From Halieaceae bacterium (GTDB lineage Bacteria > Pseudomonadota > Gammaproteobacteria > Pseudomonadales > Halieaceae), in assembly GCA_018657645.1 (NCBI GenBank), contig JABHWT010000164.1, forward strand, positions 1 to 63,038: DNA of 63,038 bases, in the 5' to 3' direction. The notes beneath the pieces were generated by a model. It searched no databases. It worked only from the letters and a program-made list of their open reading frames with translations, and had not been told where the DNA came from. The translations under genes and the position numbers were made by a program. Shown here piece after piece: positions 41,228 through 51,958 of this stretch; the stretch's first letter is position 1, and each line of letters starts with the position of its first letter.

Positions 41228-41377
41228 TCATTGCTGTTCAACTTCTTGGCAGGCTGAAAGCTCAAAGTCATTGTGCCCGAGTTCGCCATAGCACGCCTGG
41301 TATCCGAGAAATACACAGCCTGTGCCCGATAGCGTGGAATATCCCGCGGTATACCCTGGCAGGTTGATGATTGTTGC
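41228..41377 (-). pseudogene. remnant of a paralogue of the tail-fibre-domain gene
   Basis: 41268-41347 aligns at roughly 75-80 percent identity by eye with 40038-40118. It translates AGYSTLSGTGCVFLGYQACYGELGHN versus ASGFSNLSGTGNVFLGYQAGYGEIGHN in the intact gene, and is bounded by stops at 41378-41380 and 41228-41230. Confidence 0.6.
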
Positions 41378-41460
41378 TCAGTGTCGTAGATTGCTGTAAG
41401 CACGCGAAACTGAGAAAGTACCTAACCGCGACTCATTGTATATTCAAATCGGAGGCGACA

Positions 41461-42990
41461 ATGAATAGCCAACGCAATTGCAACCTCTTCGAGGCATTTC
41501 GGGCCCGCTTTCCTGCTGACCTCGACACCGTTTTATTGCAAACCGACGACGACAGGGTTTATACCTACACTGACGTATTAGTCGAGTCAGCCCGGATAGC
41601 CAACTTCCTCATTCATTTGGGTGCCCGACCCGGTGACCGAATTACTGTTCAGGTAGATAAATCCCCGGAGGTTGTGTGCCTTTATCTCGCCTGTCTGCGC
41701 GCAGGCCTGGTCTATCACCCCCTGAACACAGCCTATAAGGCCTCGGAACTCGAGTATTTTCTGGATAATGCCGAGCCCCGCATTGTGGTCTGCATGGCCC
41801 AGTCGTTTTCTCTTTTTAGCTCTCTGGCAGAGGCAACCGGTATCGAGCAGGTACTCACCCTGGAAGCAGACAGCTCCGGCAGCCTACTTCGTGGGGCAGC
41901 GGAACATCCCCACTCTTTCGATACAGTCAACTGTCAATCGGACGACCTGGCGGCCCTGCTCTATTCCTCTGGTACTACTGGCCGCCCCAAGGGGATTATG
42001 CTCAGTCACGGAAACCTGGCCAGCAACGGCACGACCCTGGTCGAGCAATGGGGTTTTGGCAGCGACGATTGTCTATTACACGCACTGCCGGTATTTCATG
42101 TGCACGGACTGTTTGTCGCAATCCACTGTGTATTACTCAGTGGTGCCAGTATGCGCTGGCTGAACAAATTTGATGCAGCTCGGACAATGGCGTTCCTGCC
42201 AAATTGCAGCGTGATGATGGGTGTTCCGACCTATTACACCCGCCTGCTGGCAGAGGCTGACTTCGATACCGATACCTGTGCCGGCATGCGTCTGTTCATT
42301 TCCGGCTCTGCGCCACTACTGGCGGAGACTTTCGACGAATTTCAGGCACGCACCGGTCACACCATCATCGAGCGTTACGGGATGACCGAAACCGGCATGA
42401 ATACCTCAAACCCGCTCCGGGGTGAACGTCGCGCGGGTACAGTGGGACCACCCCTACCCGGCGTTGATGCCCGGGTGGTAGACGCCGGAGGCCACACCTT
42501 GGCTGCCGATGAGGCGGGCGATTTGCAGGTCCGGGGCCCCAATGTTTTTCTGGGTTACTGGCGTATGCCAGAAAAGACCACTGAGGATTTCACCGACGAT
42601 GGCTTTTTCAACACCGGCGATAAAGCCAGCATTTCAAAAGACGGTTATATTTCGATTGTCGGCCGCGCCAAGGACATGGTTATTTGTGGTGGCCTCAATG
42701 TCTATCCCAAGGAAATCGAGCAACTGCTGGACGAACTCAAGGGCGTGCGGGAATCTGCTGTTATCGGTGTAGCTCATCCTGACTTTGGCGAGGCAGTGGT
42801 CGCAATCATAGTTCCCGAGGTCGAAAGCGCATTAAAGGAGCGTGAAATTATAGATTTCAGCAAAGCGAGGCTTGCCAACTTCAAGGCGCCAAAGCGGGTG
42901 TTTTTCCTCGACGAACTACCCCGCAACGCGATGGGAAAGGTGCAAAAAAACCTGTTGCGCGAACGCTTCGCGAACAACTGCCAGTTCTGA
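41461..42990 (+). CDS. malonyl-CoA synthetase-like acyl-CoA ligase (MatB-type, ANL superfamily)
   Basis: NLFEAFRARF N-terminus. VQVDKSPEVVCLYLACLRAGLVYHPLNTAYKASELEYFLDNAEPRIVVC closely parallels rhizobial MatB. AMP-binding motif YSSGTTGRPKG. ATG at 41461. Confidence 0.8.
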   Translation: MNSQRNCNLFEAFRARFPADLDTVLLQTDDDRVYTYTDVLVESARIANFLIHLGARPGDRITVQVDKSPEVVCLYLACLRAGLVYHPLNTAYKASELEYFLDNAEPRIVVCMAQSFSLFSSLAEATGIEQVLTLEADSSGSLLRGAAEHPHSFDTVNCQSDDLAALLYSSGTTGRPKGIMLSHGNLASNGTTLVEQWGFGSDDCLLHALPVFHVHGLFVAIHCVLLSGASMRWLNKFDAARTMAFLPNCSVMMGVPTYYTRLLAEADFDTDTCAGMRLFISGSAPLLAETFDEFQARTGHTIIERYGMTETGMNTSNPLRGERRAGTVGPPLPGVDARVVDAGGHTLAADEAGDLQVRGPNVFLGYWRMPEKTTEDFTDDGFFNTGDKASISKDGYISIVGRAKDMVICGGLNVYPKEIEQLLDELKGVRESAVIGVAHPDFGEAVVAIIVPEVESALKEREIIDFSKARLANFKAPKRVFFLDELPRNAMGKVQKNLLRERFANNCQF

Positions 42991-43005
42991 AAGGAGGTAA
43001 AGATT

Positions 43006-44781
43006 GTGAATCTCTTCACTAGACCAGCCCCTAGCCGGGCCCTGATTTCCGCAATGTTGCTAGCGACATTACTAACGGCCTGTGATCAAAACAAGGACCC
43101 GAATGCCACTGCCGACACCGACGCACAGCCTACCGCCACCCTTTTAAACAACGGTCGGATCTATACGCAAAACCCCGCCAAACCCTGGGCTGAGGCCATT
43201 GTAATCGACGCGGGTAAGTACCTGTATGTTGGGGATACCGCCGGCGCACAAGCCTACGTTAAAAAGAGTACCCGGCGTATTGATCTCGATGGCACTATGG
43301 TCATGCCAGGGATCAACGACGGTCACGCCCACCCCTGGCAGGGGGGTATCAAGACACTCTATCACTGTGGATTTCCCTTTAGTGCCACGCCCGACGAAAT
43401 AGCGGACAGCTTGCGTGCCTGCATTGTCAAAAACCCCGACAGCACATGGCTCACTGGAGGCCAGTGGACCAGTGATTTCTTCCGCCTGAACGATATTCCC
43501 TCACCGCGAGCCTGGCTGGATGCAATAGCAACCGACAGGGCAATTTTCCTGCACGACGATGCCACCCACAATGGCTGGGTAAACAGCAATGCACTACAGC
43601 TGGCCGGCATCACAAGGGACACACCGGACCCTGAGGGTGGAACCATTGTGCGCGATAGCGACGGTGAACCCAATGGTTTGCTATACGAGCAGGCAAGGAC
43701 AGCGGTACTTGAACATCAGCCCAAATGGACCACAGAGAACTATACCCTGGCAATCCGCGAGGCACTGCGCCAGGCCAACAGCCATGGTCTGACGGGAGTG
43801 AACGAAGCTCGCGTCCAGATTCCAATGCTGGATGCCTATCAGCAGCTGGATCGGGCTGGCGAACTCACAGCCCACGTCAGCGTCAATCACCAAACACCCA
43901 GAGAATACCGGGATTATCCACTGGATGGGGAATCCTATCGCGCACTGCACCAGCGCTATCAGCTTGAGCATGTTAATACGGGCTATGTAAAGATCTTTCT
44001 CGATGGTGTACCCACCGCTTCCCGCTCGGCCCTGATGCTGGAGGAGTATGTAACCGACGCAGCACACCCCGACCCGACCCGAGGCTTCCTGCTGGTCGAC
44101 CCCGAGGTACTCACCCAGGATCTCATCGCTTTGGATAAAATCGGTATGACGGTCAAAATTCATGCGGCCGGGGACGGTTCGGTACGGATTGCGCTGGACG
44201 CCTTACAATCGGTACGCGAGACCAATGGCGACAGTGGATTGCGCCACGAACTGGCTCATGCGGGATTTATCGACCCTGTAGATGTACCGCGATTCGCGGA
44301 GTTGGGAGTCACCGCCGATCTGTCGCCCTACATATGGTACCCATCGCCAATCATCGACTCAATCGTAGGTGCAATAGGTGAGCGCGGGCTTAACTACTTT
44401 CCGGTCAAGGATCTTCTGGACTCCGGTGCCAACGTCTTAATGGGCTCCGATTGGCCCTCGGCTGCAAAAGACCTTAGCCCCTGGCACGCTATCGAAGCCC
44501 TGATTACGCGGCGCAACCCCTTTACCGACGGCGAGGAAACCCTGTGGCTAGAGCAGGCAATCAGTTTGGAACAGGCACTGGCCATCGCCACCTTAAGCGG
44601 TGCGAGAGCACTGCGCCTCGATCACATTACCGGGTCTATTGAGGTGGGCAAGTCGGCGGATTTTATCGTGCTGGACAGGAATCTATTCGCTATACCCCCG
44701 GAATCAATCAGCGACACCGTCGTGGAGCAAACCTGGTTTGCAGGCAGCCTCGTATACCCCTATCCCGCTCCCGACACATAA
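43006..44781 (+). CDS. amidohydrolase family protein (Amidohydro_3/YtcJ-like), lipoprotein
   Basis: GTG start 9 nt after AGGAGG. Lipobox LLTAC. INDGHAH metal-binding motif, 591 aa. Confidence 0.85.
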   Translation: MNLFTRPAPSRALISAMLLATLLTACDQNKDPNATADTDAQPTATLLNNGRIYTQNPAKPWAEAIVIDAGKYLYVGDTAGAQAYVKKSTRRIDLDGTMVMPGINDGHAHPWQGGIKTLYHCGFPFSATPDEIADSLRACIVKNPDSTWLTGGQWTSDFFRLNDIPSPRAWLDAIATDRAIFLHDDATHNGWVNSNALQLAGITRDTPDPEGGTIVRDSDGEPNGLLYEQARTAVLEHQPKWTTENYTLAIREALRQANSHGLTGVNEARVQIPMLDAYQQLDRAGELTAHVSVNHQTPREYRDYPLDGESYRALHQRYQLEHVNTGYVKIFLDGVPTASRSALMLEEYVTDAAHPDPTRGFLLVDPEVLTQDLIALDKIGMTVKIHAAGDGSVRIALDALQSVRETNGDSGLRHELAHAGFIDPVDVPRFAELGVTADLSPYIWYPSPIIDSIVGAIGERGLNYFPVKDLLDSGANVLMGSDWPSAAKDLSPWHAIEALITRRNPFTDGEETLWLEQAISLEQALAIATLSGARALRLDHITGSIEVGKSADFIVLDRNLFAIPPESISDTVVEQTWFAGSLVYPYPAPDT

Positions 44782-44830
44782 ACGCTGTCTATTTAAATGT
44801 TACGGGTTAGAATAAGCCTGGACCATCAAG

Positions 44831-46144
44831 ATGATACCGGGAGATTCCATGACCTTGTGCCGCAGGCGACAAAAAAAAGGCAATATCCACCTCGATGGGC
44901 TCCATCATCCCGATTTTAGTGCAGTAGAAACTTCTTTACGCAGGCAACTGGAACGCTACTCTGGCGGTGCGGCAGTCTGCGTATACCACCACGGAAAATG
45001 CGTGGTGGATTTATGGGGCGGTCACAGTGACGAGGAAGAAACCCCGTGGCAGCAAGACACCATGGCACCCAGTTTTTCCACGACCAAGGGCGTAGCCTCA
45101 ACCTTGCTGCACATCTTTGCCGATCGCGGATTGGTAGACTATGACGCCAAAGTATCGGAATACTGGCCAGAATTTGCCCAGGCCGGCAAAGACCAGATAA
45201 CGGTTCGGCAGGTGCTCTGTCATCAATCGGGTCTTTACCACATTCGCCAGATGATCGATCGCGCCGACCGGATGCTGGACTGGGAGCACATGGTAGAGGC
45301 TATTGAGCAAACCGAACCGGCACATGAGCCCGGTACGCGCACCGGGTATCACGGACTCACCTACGGTTATATCGTTGGCGAAATTATCCAGCGCATCAGC
45401 GGCGAACGATTCTCGGATCTGGTGCAGTCCGAGATTGCCGAGCCACTGGGTTTGGATGGGCTGTTTATTGGCACGCCAGAACACGAGCTATCCCGCGCCG
45501 CGAAACTGATACTCCCTCAAACGACCCGCAACCTGGCCCAGACCTCCCTTGGTCACTACCTGGAACGCTCTGCGGCAGGTGTCAGCAAGCTGTTGCGAGG
45601 CATGCGCATAGATTCCGACCTGACCAGCATCTTCGATGCCCTGGCTCCCCGCGGTATCAGTGACTTTGATTTCGGCTCACCCGAATCTCTGAGGGTAGCT
45701 ATTCCCGCCGGCAATGGGTTGTTCACGGCGCGCTCCCTGGCAAAAATGTATGCTCTGCTGGCGGCGGGCGGAGCCCTTGACGGTGTGCGTTTGTTGTCAG
45801 AGAAGACCGTCGAACAGGCCGCTACAGTGGAACCCCCCACAGGTAAGCACTCTGTTATTCCATTCGACATGCGCTGGCGATTGGGTTACCACGGTATCGT
45901 CACATCCCGGGGTTTCCCAGGCCAGGCTTTTGGCCACTTCGGCTTTGGTGGCTCGGGCGCCTGGGCCGACCCCAGCCTGGATTTAGCAGTGGCAATGATC
46001 GTCAACAGTGGAATGGGGACACCCTTTGGCGATACGCGCACCGCGCGTATTAGCGGTGCCGCACTGGCCTCTGCTCGCAATCGGGACAAGCAGGGCCGTG
46101 GATTATTTGGCGGCAGAGGGAGTCCCAGCCTAATTGCCGGGTGA
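44831..46144 (+). CDS. serine hydrolase of the beta-lactamase/esterase (class C-like) family
   Basis: SxxK nucleophile motif FSTTKG, a YHG/Y.N-like second motif, and a GFGG region. Start uncertain (44831 or 44849). Confidence 0.8.
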   Translation: MIPGDSMTLCRRRQKKGNIHLDGLHHPDFSAVETSLRRQLERYSGGAAVCVYHHGKCVVDLWGGHSDEEETPWQQDTMAPSFSTTKGVASTLLHIFADRGLVDYDAKVSEYWPEFAQAGKDQITVRQVLCHQSGLYHIRQMIDRADRMLDWEHMVEAIEQTEPAHEPGTRTGYHGLTYGYIVGEIIQRISGERFSDLVQSEIAEPLGLDGLFIGTPEHELSRAAKLILPQTTRNLAQTSLGHYLERSAAGVSKLLRGMRIDSDLTSIFDALAPRGISDFDFGSPESLRVAIPAGNGLFTARSLAKMYALLAAGGALDGVRLLSEKTVEQAATVEPPTGKHSVIPFDMRWRLGYHGIVTSRGFPGQAFGHFGFGGSGAWADPSLDLAVAMIVNSGMGTPFGDTRTARISGAALASARNRDKQGRGLFGGRGSPSLIAG

Positions 46145-46239
46145 CGTTCCCTCGGCCGTGCCCGGATACGCAATAAATTACACTCACCCCAAAAAGTTAA
46201 TGCTATGATCACCGCAGACCCTTAACCAGGTATGCGGAC

Positions 46240-47370
46240 ATGGTAAATAAATACTCGAGGGGCATCAGTGTCATCATTGCACTGGGGCTAATGGTAGCTT
46301 GCTCCGCAAAAGAGGAGGCAACCGGGCCTCCACCTACCCGGCCAGTTAAAATTTTTGTGGTCGAAGGTAGCACTGGAACTACTGTACGCAATTTCCCGGG
46401 TCGGGTAGATGCCTCCCAGCGCGCCGACCTGGCCTTTAGAGTATCGGGCCAGGTGCAGGAAATTCTGGTAAAGGAGGGGGATGCCGTCGCATTAAATCAG
46501 ACCCTGGCCAGACTGGACCCCACAGATTTCAAAATCACCCTGGATGATCGCCAGGCAACGTATGACAATGCCAGGCGAAATTTTGAGCGGGGCAAAGAAC
46601 TCGTTGTGAAAGGCAATATCTCGCGCCAGGATTACGACCGCATGGAGGCCCAGTACCGTACCAGTCTGGCAGCGTTAAGCCAGGCCAAGCAGAATATGGA
46701 GTACACCGAATTACAGGCGCCTTTTGCCGGTCGGGTGGCGCAGCGCATGGTGGAAAAGTTTGAAGATGTACTGGGCAAACAAACCGTATTCAGCCTGCAA
46801 AATGTCGATGCCCTGGATATCAGCATCAACCTGCCAGAATCCCTGGTTCGTAGTCTTCGTGTATCCACTGCACCTCCTGAAGAACTCAACAAAACCAGAG
46901 GTGCACAAGTAGTCGCGAATGCCGTGTTTGAGGGGCGCGATACTCGCTTTGTCCTCTCGGTCAAGGAGATCGCGACCGCGGCCGATCCACAAACCCAGAC
47001 ATTCAGAACAACCTTCACCATGCCTGCCCCAACAGATTTTGTGGTTCTACCGGGAATGACGGCGACGGTGGTGGTCGATTTCTCGCGGATGATGGAGCCG
47101 CAGGTCGTGACCTGGGTACCGGTCCGGGCGGTACAGGCAGACAGTGGTTTAACCCCACGCGTCTGGATTCTGAATCCTTCGACCTTGACCGTGTCCAGTC
47201 GCGAGGTGGAGATAGGCCGCATGGCCAAGGGAGAAATAGAAATTTTAAGCGGACTGGAAGGTGGTGAGGAAGTTGTGGCCATTGGTGCCCCCTACCTTGC
47301 CGAGGGGCTTAAAGTTACCCGGATGATACAGACTGAGCAGGCTGTGCCACGCGCAGGTGACCCCGAATAA
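46240..47370 (+). CDS. RND efflux periplasmic adaptor (membrane fusion protein)
   Basis: Lipobox MVAC, hairpin coiled coil, barrel-sandwich motifs (LQAPFAGRV). Confidence 0.9.
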   Translation: MVNKYSRGISVIIALGLMVACSAKEEATGPPPTRPVKIFVVEGSTGTTVRNFPGRVDASQRADLAFRVSGQVQEILVKEGDAVALNQTLARLDPTDFKITLDDRQATYDNARRNFERGKELVVKGNISRQDYDRMEAQYRTSLAALSQAKQNMEYTELQAPFAGRVAQRMVEKFEDVLGKQTVFSLQNVDALDISINLPESLVRSLRVSTAPPEELNKTRGAQVVANAVFEGRDTRFVLSVKEIATAADPQTQTFRTTFTMPAPTDFVVLPGMTATVVVDFSRMMEPQVVTWVPVRAVQADSGLTPRVWILNPSTLTVSSREVEIGRMAKGEIEILSGLEGGEEVVAIGAPYLAEGLKVTRMIQTEQAVPRAGDPE

Positions 47371-47398
47371 GGCCGCTGACCACAAGGAATAAAAACCC

Positions 47399-50300
47399 AT
47401 GAATATTGGTGAGTATTCGGTAAAGAGCAAGGTTATCTCCTGGTTGCTGATCGTCATCATGGTCGGTGGCGGAATTTCCGCCTTTGAAGGAATGGGAAAA
47501 CTGGAGGACCCTGCATTTACCATCAAGTCGGCGAAAATCATCACCCGTTATCCCGGGGCAACCGCACGTGAAGTGCAGGAGGAACTGACCTACCATCTGG
47601 AGGACGCTATTCAGCGCTTACCGCAATTAAAGCGCATAAAAATGTCGGTGTCCCGACCCGGTTTGTCCGACATCCTGATTGACTTTAAAGATGAGTACAA
47701 AGCTGCAGATCTGCCCAATATATTCGATGAATTGCGCCGTAAAGTGAGTGATGTAGCACCCAGTCTACCTCCCGGCGCCATGCCTCCCATGGTGATTGAT
47801 GACTTTGGCGATGTCTACGGTGTGTACCTTATGCTCACCGGCGATGGTTACACCTGGCGCGACCTGTATGACACCGCCGATGCTATCAAGCAACAACTGG
47901 TACTGGTGCCTGGTGTGCGCAAGGTAGCAATTGATGGAAAGCAGGGCGAGGTCGCGTACGTAGATATCTCCCGCACCCGTTTGGGAGAACTGGGCATTGA
48001 CCTGGCAAGTATCGCAAGTGTTCTGACCTCACAAAACGTGGTGGTCAATGCCGGGAACGTGCAGGTGGGTGATGACTATCTGCGAATCAGCCCGACCGGC
48101 AGTTTTCAGTCGGTTCAGGAAATTGGCGATGTGCTGATCAGTTCCTCCGACCGCAAGTTAATATACTTACGGGATATTGCAACAATCACTCGTGCCTACG
48201 AGGACGTGCCTTCGAAAGTCTACTATGTCAATGGAAAACCAGGCCTCAGCATCGGCCTGTCCATGTTAGGTGGAGAGAATGTAGTGGCCGTGGGGCATCG
48301 AGTGGATGAAAAAATGAAAGAGATTCTCCCTATCGTTCCGGCCGGAATGAAACTGGAGGCTGTGTACGATCAACCGGCGGAAGTTGATAAATCGGTCGGT
48401 GGCTTTCTCATCAGTGTAGCCCAGGCCGTTGCCATTGTGATTGCGGTTCTACTGTTATTTATGGGCCTCCGGGTAGGCATTATTATCGGGGCGGTACTGT
48501 TGATAACAGTGGCAGGCACGCTGTTTTTCATGAGCATTTTCCAGATTGAATTGCAACGAATATCGCTGGGCGCCCTTGTTATCGCCCTTGGAATGCTTGT
48601 TGACAATGCCATTGTTGTCGCCGAGGGCATGCTGGTTCGCATGCAGTCTGGCATGGGTGCAGTGCAGGCAGCAGGTGAAGCCGTTGGTAAAACCATGTGG
48701 GCTCTACTGGGAGGAACGGCCATTGGCATACTGGCGTTTTCGGCCATTGGAATGTCACCGGACAATACCGGAGAGTTTGCCAGTTCACTGTTTTATGTGA
48801 TTCTCATCTCGCTGTCCCTTAGTTGGGTCACCGCTGTCAGTTCAACCCCATTATTATGTGCCCTGCTGTTAAAAACCGGTGACGGTACCGCCGGCAATGA
48901 AGACGCCTATTCCGGCAAGCTTTTCCAGGCCTACAGGAGCTTTGTGGGCAAAGCCATAGATTATCGCTGGGTCACAATCAGCAGCGTATTGGCCTTGTTT
49001 GCTCTGGCCCTGGTCGGTTTTGGCAACGTCAAAAGCGGCTTCTTCCCGGACTCCAGTACACCGATGTTTTTCATTGATGTCTGGGAACCCGAGGGCAGTG
49101 ATATTCGCAAGACCCGGGACGACACACTCCGACTCAGTGAGTACATTAGAACTCTTCCCGGTGTTGAGCAAACAAGCTCGGTTATCGGGGGGCCTCATCA
49201 GCGTTTCACTCTGGTCTACGACTCCAAGGAACCGGCCCGTGTCTACTCGCAAATTATTGTTCGCACCACAACCCGAGATCACATACCAGCGGTGTGGGAG
49301 GCCAGCGAGGACTATCTGCGTACGGAGATGCCCTGGACAGACCCCATCATCAAAGCACTGCGCATCGGTCCGGGACGTGATGCCAAAATAGAGGCGCGTT
49401 TTTCCGGGCCAGATCCCGAGGTTCTGAGACGATTATCGGAGCAAGCCCAGGCGATTATGCGGGCAGACAACGAAGCCAAGGACATCCGGGACGACTGGCG
49501 TTCACCGGTCAAGGTGGTGACGCCGGTATTCAATGAGCAGGTGGGCCGGCAATTGGGCATTTCCCGGGAAAATCTGGGTAATGCCATGCTGTTCGCCTTC
49601 GAGGGTGCACAGGTGGGCACCTACCGCGACGGCACACGATTATTGCCAATTCGTCTTCGCGCTGCAGAGCCCGAGCGCGGCGACATCGATAACATGCGGG
49701 ATATACTGGTTTGGAGTCCGATTATGGGGACTTCCGTCCCCGTCTCCCAGGTGGTTTCCGACTATGCTACGCGCTGGGAGAACGCGGCTATTCGTGGACG
49801 TAACCGAATTCAAACTATTATTGCCTCCTGTAATCCCACAGGCGAACTGGCCACGCCGCTATTTGAGCGGCTGCGGGAAAAAATCGAGTCTATGGCATTG
49901 CCACCCGGCTATGTGCTTGCATGGGGTGGTGAGTACGAGGACTCGGTTAATGCCCAGGCCGGACTGGGTCAGTCCCTGCCTGTAGGAGTCTTGCTGATGA
50001 TTCTAACCAGCATTTTCCTGTTTGCCAGACTCAAGCAACCGACGATTATCTGGCTGACTGTTCCCCTGGCTATCATTGGTATTACCGCGGGTTTACTTAC
50101 GACCGGTGGCGCCTTCGATTTCATGTCATTGCTAGGCGCACTGTCGCTGGTCGGTCTGTTAATCAAGAATGCCATCGTGCTGATCGAGGAAATCGACCAG
50201 CAAATTGATTCCGGCAAGAATGGCTACGAAGCGATTCTGGATAGCTCCGTCAGCCGGATGCGCCCCGTCATGTTGGCGGCTGCGACCACAATTCTCGGGT

Positions 50301-50446
50301 TGATTCCCCTGCTATCAGACATTTTCTTCGTCAATATGTCGGTGACAATCATGGCCGGTCTCGGCTTTGCTTCCGTTCTGACTCTCATCATAGTGCCGAC
50401 GCTTTATGCTGTGTTTTTTAATATCAGGAAAGCGCATCCGGCCTGA
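47399..50446 (+). CDS. RND efflux permease (AcrB/HAE family)
   Basis: 1015 aa, 12-TM two-fold repeat architecture. No outer-membrane factor gene adjacent. Confidence 0.95.
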   Translation: MNIGEYSVKSKVISWLLIVIMVGGGISAFEGMGKLEDPAFTIKSAKIITRYPGATAREVQEELTYHLEDAIQRLPQLKRIKMSVSRPGLSDILIDFKDEYKAADLPNIFDELRRKVSDVAPSLPPGAMPPMVIDDFGDVYGVYLMLTGDGYTWRDLYDTADAIKQQLVLVPGVRKVAIDGKQGEVAYVDISRTRLGELGIDLASIASVLTSQNVVVNAGNVQVGDDYLRISPTGSFQSVQEIGDVLISSSDRKLIYLRDIATITRAYEDVPSKVYYVNGKPGLSIGLSMLGGENVVAVGHRVDEKMKEILPIVPAGMKLEAVYDQPAEVDKSVGGFLISVAQAVAIVIAVLLLFMGLRVGIIIGAVLLITVAGTLFFMSIFQIELQRISLGALVIALGMLVDNAIVVAEGMLVRMQSGMGAVQAAGEAVGKTMWALLGGTAIGILAFSAIGMSPDNTGEFASSLFYVILISLSLSWVTAVSSTPLLCALLLKTGDGTAGNEDAYSGKLFQAYRSFVGKAIDYRWVTISSVLALFALALVGFGNVKSGFFPDSSTPMFFIDVWEPEGSDIRKTRDDTLRLSEYIRTLPGVEQTSSVIGGPHQRFTLVYDSKEPARVYSQIIVRTTTRDHIPAVWEASEDYLRTEMPWTDPIIKALRIGPGRDAKIEARFSGPDPEVLRRLSEQAQAIMRADNEAKDIRDDWRSPVKVVTPVFNEQVGRQLGISRENLGNAMLFAFEGAQVGTYRDGTRLLPIRLRAAEPERGDIDNMRDILVWSPIMGTSVPVSQVVSDYATRWENAAIRGRNRIQTIIASCNPTGELATPLFERLREKIESMALPPGYVLAWGGEYEDSVNAQAGLGQSLPVGVLLMILTSIFLFARLKQPTIIWLTVPLAIIGITAGLLTTGGAFDFMSLLGALSLVGLLIKNAIVLIEEIDQQIDSGKNGYEAILDSSVSRMRPVMLAAATTILGLIPLLSDIFFVNMSVTIMAGLGFASVLTLIIVPTLYAVFFNIRKAHPA

Positions 50447-50547
50447 ATGCCCGCAATGCCAGAACCACCGGGACTGGTAATAGGCGCCATTCCCGCCTAC
50501 CATGGCAGGTGTATTTCAGAACCTCTCTACTGACGAGCCAACCTACG

Positions 50548-51174
50548 ATGAAACTGTACACCTTTGATCCTGCTCCCAATCCAAAACGCGTGACTTTATT
50601 TCTGAAGTACAAGGATATTGAAATAGACACAACTCAAATTGACATGGGCAGCGGCGAGCAGCTGGGCGATGACTACAAACGTATTAACCCGCTGGGAACG
50701 CTCCCTGCGTTGGTATTGGACGACGGCACGGTTCTCACCGAAGTTATCGGCATTTGTTCCTACCTCGAATCCCAATTCCCGGATAAGCCGCTAATGGGTA
50801 GTACAGCTCTGGAGCAGGCTCAGGTTCTAAGCTGGGATCACAAGTTGTTTAATACCGTTATGATGGCAGTGGCGGAAGCCCTGCGCAACCACAGCCCTGC
50901 CTTTGCCAACCGCGCGCTGCCGGGCCCTCTGGATGTGCCCCAGATTAGCGAGTTGGTACAGCGAGGCAAACTGCGCCTCGAGCATGCCTGGCCCTCCATC
51001 GAAGCAGACCTGGAGGGCAGGAATTGGTTGGCGGGTGATAGTATTTCTCTGGCCGATATTGATTTTCTGGTGTGCTGCGAGTTCTCTGGCTGGGTGAAGT
51101 GTGCCCCCCCGGAGAGCTGTAAAAACATCCACGCACATATTGCGCGAGTTCGGCAGGCGCTTTCTTTGGACTAA
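50548..51174 (+). CDS. glutathione S-transferase
   Basis: MKLYTFDPAPNPKRV N-terminal thioredoxin-like domain and C-terminal helical domain. ORF-track start at 50509 is over-extended. Confidence 0.85.
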   Translation: MKLYTFDPAPNPKRVTLFLKYKDIEIDTTQIDMGSGEQLGDDYKRINPLGTLPALVLDDGTVLTEVIGICSYLESQFPDKPLMGSTALEQAQVLSWDHKLFNTVMMAVAEALRNHSPAFANRALPGPLDVPQISELVQRGKLRLEHAWPSIEADLEGRNWLAGDSISLADIDFLVCCEFSGWVKCAPPESCKNIHAHIARVRQALSLD

Positions 51175-51211
51175 CTGTTTACAGAGCCGGAATGGGCTTA
51201 TGGAGTAGCCA

Positions 51212-51958
51212 ATGTTTCGCATCACAAGCGTCATCACGCTAATCGTTTTAAGCTGGCAGACCGTTGCCCAGCCCGAGCCAAGAGAGCTGATCGAAAAGGC
51301 CATGGACCACTGGCGCGGCCTGACCTCCTATACCGAAATGACCCTGATTATCCACCGCCCGAAATGGGAGCGAAGCATGTCCATGCAGAGTTGGACGCAG
51401 GGCGCCGAGCAATCGCTGGTGCGGGTCACCGCCCCGGTCAAAGATGCGGGCAATGGCACCCTGTTAAAAGACAAAAACATGTGGACTTACGCGCCCAAAA
51501 TAAATCGGGTCATCAAAATACCCTCCTCAATGATGAACCAGAGCTGGATGGGCTCTGACCTGTCCAACAACGACATCAGTAAATCCACCGACATTATTGA
51601 TCAGTACGACCATACCTTACTTGAAACGAAAGAGGTCGAAGGTCACACTGTCTACGTTATCCAGTCTATCCCCCACGAGGATGCCGCCGTGGTCTGGGGC
51701 AAAGAGATTCATTCTATTCGCGATGACTACGTCATGCTTGAAGAACAATTCTGGGATCAAGACGGCGTGCTGGTAAAGACTTTTTCCGCTTCCGATATCA
51801 AGGAGTTTGATGGCCGCTCAGTCGCTGCGATCATGCGCATGCAGGAAGTGGACAAACCTGGTCAGTGGACAGAAATGCGGGTTGACGACACCCACTTTGA
51901 TATCGACCTCCCAGCCAACCTATTTACCCTGTCCAGCCTGAGGAACCCGCGCCGGTGA
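51212..51958 (+). CDS. LolA-like outer-membrane lipoprotein-sorting family protein
   Basis: Signal peptide, about 250 aa, sequence resembles the LolA-fold proteins that accompany FtsX/MacB-type exporters. First gene of a tightly packed operon. Confidence 0.65.
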   Translation: MFRITSVITLIVLSWQTVAQPEPRELIEKAMDHWRGLTSYTEMTLIIHRPKWERSMSMQSWTQGAEQSLVRVTAPVKDAGNGTLLKDKNMWTYAPKINRVIKIPSSMMNQSWMGSDLSNNDISKSTDIIDQYDHTLLETKEVEGHTVYVIQSIPHEDAAVVWGKEIHSIRDDYVMLEEQFWDQDGVLVKTFSASDIKEFDGRSVAAIMRMQEVDKPGQWTEMRVDDTHFDIDLPANLFTLSSLRNPRR

